Shown here: one piece after another, positions 1-8,951 of the stretch
Layout: each line of letters opens with the position of its first letter
How positions within the stretch are numbered: position 1 is the stretch's first letter
Assembly (NCBI GenBank): GCA_045600145.1
Contig: JAZRXI010000012.1
Span: forward strand, 14,581 to 78,580
Reading direction: 5' to 3'
From: Clostridia bacterium
GTDB lineage: Bacteria > Bacillota > Clostridia > Christensenellales > QALW01
DNA: 64,000 nt
Program-made: the position numbers and the translations under genes
The notes under the pieces: model-generated
What the model was told of the DNA's origin: nothing
What the model saw: only the letters and a program-made list of their open reading frames with translations
Databases searched by the model: none

Positions 1-528
1 ATTCTGTTGTATTATTTCGACAGTGCTGTCACCATAGCACGAAAAAATCTTAAGTGCAAGATTTGGCGCGATTCCGAATTTTTGCAAAAACATAACTGTG
101 CGCTGAGTATCCATACATTCGCGGTAGGCTTCGGCTATCTGAGCCGCCTTTTTTCTGCCGATACCGCTTATCGCTCTCAGCTTATCGGGCTCATTCTCGA
201 TGACCTTTAACGCCTGCGTACCGAATTCATCAACTATATCCCGTGCCAGCTTCGGACCGATACCGTGAATTATGCCGGAGGCAAGGTATTCTTCTATTTC
301 GTCCTCTGTCTGCGGTGTAACCATTTCGTAATCTACAGCCTTGAACTGCGTGCCGTACTCACTGTGCTCGGTGTATTCACCCGTGACGGTAATAAAATCG
401 CCTTCCCTTAAAAGAGGGAAGGTTCCCGTAACGGTTTCGATATTATTTTCCGACGAGAACACGAATACGGTATATCCGTTTTCGTCATTACGGAAGATTA
501 TCCCCTCTACCGTCCCCGTCAGCCTCAT
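1..528 (-). CDS. recD2: RecD2/YrrC-like ATP-dependent DNA helicase, N-terminal part (gene runs off the left edge)
   Basis: Not in the ORF track because it is truncated. Minus-strand translation from ATG 528..526 gives MRLTGTVEGIIFRNDENGYTVFVF...EYGTQFKAVDYEMV...ASGIIHGIGPKLARDIVDEFG...ISGIGRKKAAQIAEAY. This is the OB-like plus helix-hairpin-helix N-terminus typical of RecD2/YrrC. Confidence 0.6.
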   Translation of the reverse strand, partial: MRLTGTVEGIIFRNDENGYTVFVFSSENNIETVTGTFPLLREGDFITVTGEYTEHSEYGTQFKAVDYEMVTPQTEDEIEEYLASGIIHGIGPKLARDIVDEFGTQALKVIENEPDKLRAISGIGRKKAAQIAEAYRECMDTQRTVMFLQKFGIAPNLALKIFSCYGDSTVEIIQQN

Positions 529-1061
529 AATGCAACTCCGCTGAAAAACACACTGCTGAATGCAAGCATTATCATAGTAGCCGTAATACTGCCGAGACAA
601 ATAGCCGGATATGCGTACTTAAAGCGTATATCGAGAAGCGTGGCGACGAGACACCCCGTCCAGACACCTGTCCCCGGGAGCGGCACGGCAACGAAAATAA
701 ATACACCGATTACCGACGCGAGTATTTTCGCGGTCTTTGATTTTGAATTATTTATCTTATCTTCGAGCTTTTCGCCTTTTTTCTTGCCGTGAGCCTCAAG
801 CTTTTCGACGAGACTTTTGAACAGCTTTGTTTTTTTCATCCAGGCGAATACGGGCTTTAGCAAAAGCAGAAGTATCAGTGCAGTGAGAAACGCGCCTATC
901 TGCGTAAGGATAACAAGCTCATATGTGGGTATTTGGGAAAATACTCCCGCCCACCCCTTGCATATCACAATGGCGTAGCGCGACTCTATTATAGGAACGC
1001 ATGATAGTAATATTACGATAAGCTGATGCCAAAAGCGAGAGAAGAAGCCGGTCATTGTCAA
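525..1061 (-). CDS. Small multidrug-export-family (COG2426-like) membrane protein
   Basis: 178-aa multi-pass membrane ORF with the VAVPLPGTGVWTGCLVA motif typical of this family. Its stop overlaps the recD2 start by 4 nt. Confidence 0.6.
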   Translation of the reverse strand: MTMTGFFSRFWHQLIVILLSCVPIIESRYAIVICKGWAGVFSQIPTYELVILTQIGAFLTALILLLLLKPVFAWMKKTKLFKSLVEKLEAHGKKKGEKLEDKINNSKSKTAKILASVIGVFIFVAVPLPGTGVWTGCLVATLLDIRFKYAYPAICLGSITATMIMLAFSSVFFSGVAL

Positions 1062-1223
1062 AACCTCCGAAAATATCTTATTTTATTATAAATTATATTT
1101 CGTCAAAAGTCAAATATTTCGTAGAAATGTTATCGTTTTCAATAGTTTTTGATATTGTCTCCGCCACCGAACGGTGATAGAATCGACGTAACAAAATGCA
1201 CTGGTCAAAGAGGAGATGTTTAT

Positions 1224-2243
1224 ATGCAAAAACAGATAGTATTTACAAAAAAAGACACCGCTGAGTTTATCGACGTACCGTTGCCCGAAATGACGGAACG
1301 TCAGGTGTCTGTAAAAACCGTCGTTTCGACCGTATCATGCGGCACCGAACGCGCCAACATCACCGGCGACCCGAATGTGAATGGTGGAGGCACAATCGAC
1401 ATGAACAGCTATTTCCCGCGCACGCTCGGTTACTCAAGTGCGGGAATCGTTGAGCGTATCGGCTCACTCGTAACAAATGTCAAACCAGGAGACCGGGTTG
1501 TCGTATATTGGGGCAAGCATACGCAGTACAACATAGTAAACGATTCGCAGATCGTAAAAATCGAAGACGATAACATTTCATTTGAGGAAGCCGCAATAAG
1601 CTTTATCGCAACATTTCCTATGGCAGCGGTACGCAAGGTGCGCATCGAGGCAGGTGAAGCCGCGATAGTCATGGGGCTCGGTATTTTAGGACAACTTGCC
1701 GTTCAGCTCGCGCGTGTTCAGGGCGCGGTACCCGTTATAGCCGCAGATCCGGTGAAATCACGCAGGGATGCGGCACTGAAGTTCGGTGCCGACTATGCCG
1801 TTGACCCGTTTGAAAAGGATTTTGCCGAAAAAGTAAAAGAGCTTTCGCACGGCGGAGCAAATGCCGCTATCGAGGTCACGGGGCGCGGCGAAGGACTCGA
1901 TGAAGTCCTTGACTGTATGGCACGTTTTGGTCGAGTGGCACTGCTCGGCTGTACACGCGATTCGAATTTCAACATAGACTACTATCATAAGGTGCATTTT
2001 CCGGGAATACAGCTCATCGGCGCACACACGTTCGCGCGTCCCGAGCATGAATCGCACCCGGGATATTTTACTCACGAGGACGATATCCGAGCGGTGTTAC
2101 GGCTTGCGTCGTTCAAGCGCATCGACCTTAAGAGCATCATCTGTGAGACTCATTCGCCCAAAAACTGCAAAGAAGTTTATACACGGCTTGTCAACGATAA
2201 AAATTTCCCCGTCGTGGTACAATTCGATTGGCGTATGATATAA
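1224..2243 (+). CDS. Zinc-type (MDR superfamily) alcohol/polyol dehydrogenase
   Basis: GroES-like N-domain (VKTVVSTVSCGTER, GYSSAGIVE) and a Rossmann motif (VMGLGILGQLAVQLAR). Start moved to ATG 1224, which follows AGGAGATG; the 25-aa extension in the ORF track has no SD. Confidence 0.75.
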   Translation: MQKQIVFTKKDTAEFIDVPLPEMTERQVSVKTVVSTVSCGTERANITGDPNVNGGGTIDMNSYFPRTLGYSSAGIVERIGSLVTNVKPGDRVVVYWGKHTQYNIVNDSQIVKIEDDNISFEEAAISFIATFPMAAVRKVRIEAGEAAIVMGLGILGQLAVQLARVQGAVPVIAADPVKSRRDAALKFGADYAVDPFEKDFAEKVKELSHGGANAAIEVTGRGEGLDEVLDCMARFGRVALLGCTRDSNFNIDYYHKVHFPGIQLIGAHTFARPEHESHPGYFTHEDDIRAVLRLASFKRIDLKSIICETHSPKNCKEVYTRLVNDKNFPVVVQFDWRMI

Positions 2244-2253
2244 AAAATACTGA

Positions 2254-2282
2254 TTGACAAAAATGTATGTCAAGAGTAGAAT
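2254..2282 (+). promoter_or_regulatory. Sigma-A-type promoter of the mgtE leader (TTGACA-17-TAGAAT)
   Basis: TTGACA at 2254..2259, 17-nt spacer, TAGAAT at 2277..2282. Confidence 0.45.
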
Positions 2283-2288
2283 AAGAGC

Positions 2289-2551
2289 ATAATCTGTAAT
2301 AAAGAGGTGAACATGATGGAAGACGGAAGCAGTACGGTTCCCGTGCGAAGATGGCGGCCTACATCGGCTTTCATCATGCGCACTGTTGCATAAGCCGGTA
2401 TAGGCTGTTTTCTGTTAGACGCAAGGCATTCTTATGCCCTCGGGAAAGTATCCGTCTGTAATAAAAACAGGTGGATGCTTTTTTGCGTCCTTTTTTACGG
2501 GAACAAGTACCTCTCCTCGTTTATTTTTTCAAATTAAGGAGGTATTGTTCT
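2289..2551 (+). promoter_or_regulatory. Long structured 5' leader of mgtE with a mini-ORF and a terminator-like hairpin (class unresolved)
   Basis: About 260 nt lie between the predicted TSS and the mgtE ATG. The leader has an SD plus a 26-codon ORF at 2313..2393. A 10-bp helix pairs 2313..2322 with 2368..2377. GGATGC-T6-GCGTCC-T6 lies at 2473..2496. Confidence 0.45.
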
Positions 2552-3919
2552 ATGAGTAACACATCAAGAGAAGAAGCAGTCGAAAAGGTTCTACGACTGC
2601 TTGAGGGAAAAAAGCCCGCGCAGATACGGGAAGTCTTTAACGAGCTTCATCCCGTAGACATTGCCGAGCTTGTTGAAGACGCGAGCATTGATGACAAACA
2701 GCGTCCGATATTGTTCAGATTGCTTTCGAAGTCTGTTGCCGCTGAGGTTTTTGTTGAAATGGACAGTGAAACGCAGGAATCGCTTATTCAAAGCTTCAAC
2801 GATAACGAGCTTCATCAGATGCTCGATGAGCTGTTTCTGGATGATACTGTCGATATCATTGAAGAAATGCCTGCGAATGTAGTCCGCAGAATAATAAAGA
2901 ACTGCACGCCCGAATCACGCGAGGCGATAAACAAGCTGCTTGAATATCCTGCCGACAGTGCGGGTACGATAATGACACCTGAGTATATCGCGCTCAGAAA
3001 GACGATGACGGTCGAAGAGGCATTTGCGTACATCCGCCGCATAGGGCTCGACAGCGAAACCGTGTACACCTGCTATGTCGTTGAGGCTGACCGAAAGCTC
3101 ATCGGTGTTGTCACTGTCCGCGAGCTTCTGCTTGCAAAAAGCGACATGCATGTTGAAGATGTCATGTCTGCCAATGTCGAATATGTCGAAACGACTACCG
3201 ATAAAGAGGATGTTGCCAATCTTTTTGATAAATACAACTTTCTTGCTTTTCCCGTTGTCGATAAGGAAACACGACTCGTCGGAATAATCACCATCGACGA
3301 TGCCATCGACGTTATCCGTGAAGAGGCTACGGAAGACTTTTCCAAAATGGCGGCGGTAGTTCCGATAGAGGAAAGCTATTTCAAAGCAAGCGTATTCAAG
3401 CATGCCAAAAACAGAATAATGTGGTTGATAATACTTATGGTGTCGGCAACGCTTACGGGTGCGATAATTACTCATTATCAGGAAGCCTTCGCGCTTTATC
3501 CCCTGCTTATAGCGTGTCTGCCTATGCTGATGGATACGGGCGGAAATTGCGGCGCGCAAACATCGACAATGGTCATCCGAGGCATGGCGGTAGACGAAAT
3601 GAAGCCGCGTGATGTGCTTAAGGTATGGTGGAAGGAAATCCGCATTGCGCTATGCGTCGGCATTGCGCTTGCAGTGGTCAATTTCGGCAGAGTGCTTCTG
3701 CTGTACGGGGCAGGAGAAATTAGTCTTGCATTCACAACAAGTCTTGCACTGATGTTTACCGTTTGTCTTGCACAGACACTCGGCTGTATGTTGCCGATGG
3801 CGGCGAAGGCGTGTAAGCTCGACCCCGCGATAATGGCATCACCGCTGATAACCACGATAGTTGACGCACTCAGCGTGACCGTGTTCTTCTCAATTGCCGT
3901 AATGATTTTCGGGATATAG
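2552..3919 (+). CDS. mgtE: Magnesium transporter MgtE
   Basis: N-domain, tandem CBS region (VVDKETRLVGIITIDD) and TM domain with the PMLMDTGGNCGAQ motif. Start at ATG 2552 after AAGGAGG. Confidence 0.9.
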   Translation: MSNTSREEAVEKVLRLLEGKKPAQIREVFNELHPVDIAELVEDASIDDKQRPILFRLLSKSVAAEVFVEMDSETQESLIQSFNDNELHQMLDELFLDDTVDIIEEMPANVVRRIIKNCTPESREAINKLLEYPADSAGTIMTPEYIALRKTMTVEEAFAYIRRIGLDSETVYTCYVVEADRKLIGVVTVRELLLAKSDMHVEDVMSANVEYVETTTDKEDVANLFDKYNFLAFPVVDKETRLVGIITIDDAIDVIREEATEDFSKMAAVVPIEESYFKASVFKHAKNRIMWLIILMVSATLTGAIITHYQEAFALYPLLIACLPMLMDTGGNCGAQTSTMVIRGMAVDEMKPRDVLKVWWKEIRIALCVGIALAVVNFGRVLLLYGAGEISLAFTTSLALMFTVCLAQTLGCMLPMAAKACKLDPAIMASPLITTIVDALSVTVFFSIAVMIFGI

Positions 3920-3965
3920 TGGTTTCGTGGAACGGAGTCACAACGAAGCGGAGCTCCTAAAGCTG

Positions 3966-3994
3966 TTGACAGGAATTCCGCGGTGTAGTATCAT
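3966..3994 (+). promoter_or_regulatory. Candidate promoter (TTGACA-17-TATCAT)
   Basis: TTGACA at 3966..3971, 17-nt spacer, TATCAT at 3989..3994, upstream of ORF 4020. Confidence 0.4.
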
Positions 3995-4019
3995 GTTCCG
4001 GTAAATTGCGAAACAAGGA

Positions 4020-4625
4020 ATGAAATATATGGCCGCTTTACCCGAAATGCTGAAAGGACTTACGGACCTTCCCATTACACTTATCGCATTTATATTTGCG
4101 ATTCTTCTTGTAAAAAAAACGGATAAACAGTGGACGATACTGTTTTTTCTCATAGCAGTAGGGGGATTGCTCGGCACTGTAGTACACACATTTGCGCTTC
4201 CGGTTTTGATCAATCGACTGATATGGATAGTGCTTTATCTGATTTTGCTTGAAATCGTTCGCCGTTTCGCACTGATAATGGTTTGGTGCGCTTCGGGAGA
4301 AAAGCAAAAGGAACGCATCTCGGTTTATGTAGCGGAATGCATTATGTATGCGGTCACACTGATATTGTTATTTCGAGATTCGATAGACAGCATATATGTA
4401 TTTGTTGTGTTCGCCGCCCTGATATTTGTCAAAATGGCAGTTGCAATGTTGAAATTCCGCCGAACAACGCTGAAGGTGAATCTGTTCGTTGTCGGTTTGC
4501 TTGTTCCGCTGCTGTTGCAGGCTGTATCCGACTTTCTTCCGTATGCAGTGGTGTACGAGCATATTGCGATAGTTGTTGAAATGTTCGTTGCATTTTCGCT
4601 TGCAAGAGATATGACAAAACAATAA
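4020..4625 (+). CDS. Hypothetical polytopic membrane protein (about 6 TM)
   Basis: 201-aa hydrophobic ORF with its own promoter and a downstream terminator. I recognise no family. Confidence 0.45.
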   Translation: MKYMAALPEMLKGLTDLPITLIAFIFAILLVKKTDKQWTILFFLIAVGGLLGTVVHTFALPVLINRLIWIVLYLILLEIVRRFALIMVWCASGEKQKERISVYVAECIMYAVTLILLFRDSIDSIYVFVVFAALIFVKMAVAMLKFRRTTLKVNLFVVGLLVPLLLQAVSDFLPYAVVYEHIAIVVEMFVAFSLARDMTKQ

Positions 4626-4628
4626 ACC

Positions 4629-5471
4629 CTACTCCGGCTGAGCCGGAGTTTTTTTATACTCCTTTGCCGTCATTCCTGTGTGCTTTTTGATAAGCTTCGT
4701 AAGATAATTTGCATCGTAAATCCCTACCTCTTCCGCTACGCGCGCCACTGTTTTTTTGCCCGTTTCAAGCAATTCAATAGCCTTGTCGATGCGCTTCTTG
4801 CGGATGTAATCGCTTATTCCCATGCCGAAATGCTCTTTTGAATAATTATAAAGAGTTCCGCGTGATATCCCGAATACTTTGCATATTTCCGTCATTCCGA
4901 GCGTGCCGGAACCGAGATTCAATGAAATATATCTGTCTATTTTTTTTGCGATATCGTTTTTCTGTGAACGGATTATGTTGTGCAACCGGACATATGAGGC
5001 GCACATCGCTATCAGCCTTGCCGATGCTCGGATGGTCGTTTGGTCTGTAACGGGCAGTGCACAAAGCATTTTGAGAGCCTTTTCTTTATCCTTGAGCTTT
5101 TCGCATCTTTTGACGAGCACAGTTGATGTGTGCTTGTCGCTTTCGTCGGATAACTGTCCGAATTGGATATAGCCTATCACATTACCGTTTTCCGCTATCG
5201 GCGCAATCACCTCTGTAAGTCCCATGTGACAATGATAAATATATATATCACCGCTTTCCCTGCAATGCTTGAAGCCATCTCTGTCGCAGGAAATGCACCG
5301 ATTGTACAGCGTCGGATCTCTGCGAATGTGCGCACAAAAATCACTTATCGTATCTTGCCTTCCGTACAGCAGATTCATGTCGGCATCGTAGAATACCGCT
5401 TTTATTTTCGTTATTGCATAGATGTCATCGCATATGTTTTTAAGATATTCGGTTTCATTCATTTTTATCAC
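4629..5471 (-). CDS. AraC-family transcriptional regulator with an N-terminal PocR-type sensor domain
   Basis: The N-terminal half is Cys/His-rich and PocR-like (FCAHIRRDPTLYNRCISCDRDGFKHC...YHCHMGL). The C-terminus has the dual HTH (ICKVFGISRGTLYNYSK...VAEEVGIYDANYLTKLIKKHTGMTAKEY). Confidence 0.8.
   Translation of the reverse strand: MIKMNETEYLKNICDDIYAITKIKAVFYDADMNLLYGRQDTISDFCAHIRRDPTLYNRCISCDRDGFKHCRESGDIYIYHCHMGLTEVIAPIAENGNVIGYIQFGQLSDESDKHTSTVLVKRCEKLKDKEKALKMLCALPVTDQTTIRASARLIAMCASYVRLHNIIRSQKNDIAKKIDRYISLNLGSGTLGMTEICKVFGISRGTLYNYSKEHFGMGISDYIRKKRIDKAIELLETGKKTVARVAEEVGIYDANYLTKLIKKHTGMTAKEYKKTPAQPE
4632..4655 (+). terminator. Intrinsic terminator (CTCCGGC-TGA-GCCGGAG + T7)
   Basis: 7-bp GC-rich stem followed by TTTTTTT. 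It overlaps the last codons (TPAQPE) of the convergent AraC gene. Confidence 0.7.
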
Positions 5472-5624
5472 CGCAAATATTTTATCATATCAAGTAAAAC
5501 AATTCAACAAAAATAATCCAAATTACTGTTTTTTTATTCCGTGATACATTTTTTCACAGTGAATTATTCTATATAATAAATACACGGCAACAGGCTTGCC
5601 GAGAAAGTACAAGGAGTGGATAAT

Positions 5625-7658
5625 ATGTGGTATTCGGAGCTGTACCGGAGACATCTGTGCGATATGCACATAGATGATTGGTCTGATGAGTTTTTATCGG
5701 AATTTTCACCCGAGGAATATGTAGGAAACCTTATGCGGGCAAATATAAATTATGCGATGATATATTTTCAGTCGCACGTCGGGCTGTGCTATTGGCCCAC
5801 GAAAACAGGTGTGATGCACAAGTCGTTCGAAAAAGACCCCGAAAAAATGAAACGGCTCGTCGATTTGTGTCATCAAAACAACATCAAGGTCATGGGTTAT
5901 TACAGCCTTATCTACAACACACGGGAGCATGACAGGCATCTCGAATGGCGGCATAAGCAAGAGAACGGACAATCTAACCGTGAAAACAGAACGGCGCAGG
6001 CATCGCTCGACCCGGCTTCCTTTGCGGGATGGAGCAGATACGGTCATTGCTGTCCGAACAATGAGGGCTACCGCGCATTCGTAAACGCGCAGATAGATGA
6101 AATGGTTGAATTTTTCCACCCGGACGGACTTTTCTTCGATATGCCGTTCTGGCCGGGCACATGCTACTGTGATGTTTGCCGTAAACGCTATATGCTTGAA
6201 ACGGGCAAACGGATACCGTCTGAAAAGGCGGACATCAATTCGCCTGAGGTAAAGGAATTCATGCAGTATAAATACGCATGGATGGGCGAATTTGTTCAAG
6301 GCGTGACAGACCATGTCAAGAGCATCGACAAAGACATCGCGGTGGAACACAATTTCGCTTCGGCTATCGCAAGCGGCTCCGGTTGCGGATGCGGTGAGGA
6401 GGTTGCCGCGGCATGTGACTTCGCGGGCGGCGATCTCTATGGTGATTTATACAATCAGTCGATCACCTGCAAATTCATGCGTGCGATGAGCAATAACCAG
6501 CCATTCGAATATATGTTTTCGCGCTGCAAGCCGGGTCTTCGTTCGCATACGATGACTAAGACGCCCGAACAGATGAAAACAAGTCTTGCCATCACCATGG
6601 CGCATCATGGCGCAACGCTTGTAATTGATGCCATTGACCCGATCGGCACGCTCGATAAGCGCGTTTATACTCAACTCGGTACAGTCTTCAATTTTCAAAA
6701 ACAATATGAAAAGTATTTTACCGGTACGCCACATACGGATGTGGGGATTTATTACGGCATACGCAGTAAGAACAATATTCCCAACGATACTGTCAACGGT
6801 AAGATAGCTTCTGTCGGCGCGCTTAAAGCGATGATAAAACAGCACATGCTTTGTGACGTCATCGGAAATCAGCCGCTTGAAAAGTTCGGATGTATCATCG
6901 CTCCGATGCTTACCGATTCCGAAATCGCAAGCGACCGTCTTGTCGACTATGTCGCAAACGGCGGTAGCCTTTATATTTCGGGCGGAGAAACCCCCGCACT
7001 TATAGAAACGCTGACAGGCGGTAAAATTTTGGGCAGGTCGGAGTACAACCGTATCTATGTCGCGCCTTCCGAAGGCAATGAGGAATTGTTCGGAGGCTTC
7101 AACAAAAAGTATCCATTATCATATGAGCATACGTTCACATACTTTGAACCTGCGAAAAATTCCGAAATACTTGCGACTGTTACAGTACCGTACACAAAAC
7201 CCGAGGAACTTCGTTTTGCGTCTATTCACTGCAATCCTCCGGGAATCGCAACGGAATATCCGGCAGTTGCATTCAACCGCTACGGAAAGGGCAAGGTGCT
7301 GTATTCGGCGGTGCCGATAGAGACAGAGGAGTACGAAGAATACGGCGCGATACTCACAAATCTCATAAAAAAATATCTCGGAGCGGAGCAATCGCTTATT
7401 TCCGACGCGCCGACATCTGTAGAAATCACACGGCATGACGGAGACGACTTCGTTACGCTCGCCATGGCTGTGCTTGATGAACGCAACATATCATTGCCGA
7501 TACTGCCGTTCAAGGTAAGAGTAAAAACAAAAAAGGCTCCGCGCAAGGTAGTGCTTCTGCCGGAGGAAACAGATGTTGCTTTTGAGTATTCCGACGGTTT
7601 TGTAACATTTGAAGCAAGAATGTTGCACATTTTCGATATGTACGAAATTTTATTTTAA
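5625..7658 (+). CDS. Putative glycoside-hydrolase-like protein (GHL6-type TIM barrel plus GH42-like amidotransferase-fold middle domain)
   Basis: The N-terminus (HLCDMHIDDW...NYAMIYFQSHVGLCYWPTK...VMGYYSL) resembles the hypothetical GH-like family 6. The mid-section (CIIAPMLTD...ANGGSLYISG) resembles the beta-galactosidase trimerisation-type domain. Start at ATG 5625 after AAGGAG. Confidence 0.5.
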   Translation: MWYSELYRRHLCDMHIDDWSDEFLSEFSPEEYVGNLMRANINYAMIYFQSHVGLCYWPTKTGVMHKSFEKDPEKMKRLVDLCHQNNIKVMGYYSLIYNTREHDRHLEWRHKQENGQSNRENRTAQASLDPASFAGWSRYGHCCPNNEGYRAFVNAQIDEMVEFFHPDGLFFDMPFWPGTCYCDVCRKRYMLETGKRIPSEKADINSPEVKEFMQYKYAWMGEFVQGVTDHVKSIDKDIAVEHNFASAIASGSGCGCGEEVAAACDFAGGDLYGDLYNQSITCKFMRAMSNNQPFEYMFSRCKPGLRSHTMTKTPEQMKTSLAITMAHHGATLVIDAIDPIGTLDKRVYTQLGTVFNFQKQYEKYFTGTPHTDVGIYYGIRSKNNIPNDTVNGKIASVGALKAMIKQHMLCDVIGNQPLEKFGCIIAPMLTDSEIASDRLVDYVANGGSLYISGGETPALIETLTGGKILGRSEYNRIYVAPSEGNEELFGGFNKKYPLSYEHTFTYFEPAKNSEILATVTVPYTKPEELRFASIHCNPPGIATEYPAVAFNRYGKGKVLYSAVPIETEEYEEYGAILTNLIKKYLGAEQSLISDAPTSVEITRHDGDDFVTLAMAVLDERNISLPILPFKVRVKTKKAPRKVVLLPEETDVAFEYSDGFVTFEARMLHIFDMYEILF

Positions 7659-7675
7659 GAAAGGAAGATAATAAT

Positions 7676-8869
7676 ATGTCACTTGCAAAAGATTTACTCA
7701 ACGAGGGCAAAGGCGTTTACCGCCTTAAGCCCACATGGGTGGCTCGTTCGTTCTGCCGTCCGGGAAAACGCATCAAGCTTCATCCCGACGATTACTATGT
7801 GCTGGGGCTTGAAAAGGGTGGAATCGACGAAAGGTGGTTTGCATCCACCACATGGGCAGAGAACGGTCCCGGCACCCCCGAAGATGAGGGCTTGAGCTAC
7901 ATAGTATCGGCTGACGGAAGCAAACAGATGCTTCTGCGCGACGCCGTAGACGAGCTTAAAGGTGAGATAATCGGCAACACGCTGTGGAACAAATATCACA
8001 AATGGCCGATGTTTTCGAAATTTTTCGACAATCTCGGACCTTTGCCGCACCACATTCATCACAGAGACAAGCACGCAAGCCGTGTTGGCAGTGACGGTAA
8101 GCCGGAAATGTATTTTTTCCCGTCGCAGTGCAACAATCATGGCGGCGAATATCCGTATACATTTTTCGGGCTCAAGCCCGATACGACAAAAGAACAAGTA
8201 AAGGAATGTCTTGAAAACTTCACAAAGGGTGATAACGGTCTGCTCGACCTTGCGCCCGCGTACAAAATAAAACTCGATACGGGCTGGGATGTGCCTCCGG
8301 GAGTGCTTCATGCGCCCGCATCGCTCTGCACTTATGAGCCACAGTTCGCAAGCGATGTTTACGCGATGTATCAATCTGTGCTGTTGGGCGGACACTGCGT
8401 TCCTGAAAATCTGCTGTGGAAAAACTGTCCCGAAGAAGAAATTGGCAATTTCGATTACCTACTCGATGTTATCGATTGGGACGAGAATACCGATGAAAAC
8501 TTTGCCGCCAAGCATTACATGGAACCGCGGACGATTTGGGAAAACAAGGCTGGTAAGGAAGAATGGATATGCTATAAATGCAAGAATGTATGCGCCAAGC
8601 GCTTGACGATCAACCCGGGCGAGACTGCAGTAATAACCGATATGGCGGCATACGGCTTCATTCTTATTGAGGGCTACGGCAAATTCGGCGAATGGGATAT
8701 AGCGACACCTACGCTCATTCACTACGGTGAGCTTACAAATGATGAATTCTTCGTTTCAGAAAGCGCGGCAAAAAACGGCATAACAGTCATCAATACGTCA
8801 AAAACCGAGCCGCTCGTAATGCTCAAGCATTTTTCGGAAAACCCCGAGTTGGATACGCTCTTTAAATAA
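7676..8869 (+). CDS. Type-I phosphomannose-isomerase-like cupin (sugar isomerase, substrate unknown)
   Basis: LPHHIHHRD and YEPQFASDVYAMY resemble the metal-binding QxH / ExQxxSD motifs of class I PMI. It starts 17 nt after the preceding gene, with RBS GAAAGGAAG. Confidence 0.45.
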   Translation: MSLAKDLLNEGKGVYRLKPTWVARSFCRPGKRIKLHPDDYYVLGLEKGGIDERWFASTTWAENGPGTPEDEGLSYIVSADGSKQMLLRDAVDELKGEIIGNTLWNKYHKWPMFSKFFDNLGPLPHHIHHRDKHASRVGSDGKPEMYFFPSQCNNHGGEYPYTFFGLKPDTTKEQVKECLENFTKGDNGLLDLAPAYKIKLDTGWDVPPGVLHAPASLCTYEPQFASDVYAMYQSVLLGGHCVPENLLWKNCPEEEIGNFDYLLDVIDWDENTDENFAAKHYMEPRTIWENKAGKEEWICYKCKNVCAKRLTINPGETAVITDMAAYGFILIEGYGKFGEWDIATPTLIHYGELTNDEFFVSESAAKNGITVINTSKTEPLVMLKHFSENPELDTLFK

Positions 8870-8887
8870 AATATTATCAAAAAACTA

Positions 8888-8916
8888 TTGCGCTATTTCT
8901 GCGAATGTGATACAAT
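8888..8916 (+). promoter_or_regulatory. Candidate TG-extended promoter (TTGCGC-17-TGaTACAAT)
   Basis: TTGCGC at 8888..8893, 17-nt spacer ending in TGA, TACAAT at 8911..8916, directly upstream of the activase. Confidence 0.4.
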
Positions 8917-8951
8917 CCTATTGTATTTACCGAAAGGAAGCATAAAGCGAA

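Noticed and set aside
2289-2551. Calling the mgtE leader a canonical M-box riboswitch
   Set aside because: The context fits, but I cannot find the conserved GGUGAGGC, CUGCxGCC or AGUGCUAAA cores by eye. It is reported only as an unresolved structured leader pending a covariance-model search.
2471-2551. N-terminal extensions proposed by the ORF track: mgtE from GTG 2471, the dehydrogenase from 1149, the ABC ATPase from 12284, galE from 43639, the GRE from 47065, IF-3 from 32183, the TVP38 gene from 35351 and the permease from 57450
   Set aside because: In each case an internal ATG (ATT for infC) with a proper SD coincides with the conserved family N-terminus. The extensions run through leader or terminator sequence or into the upstream gene.
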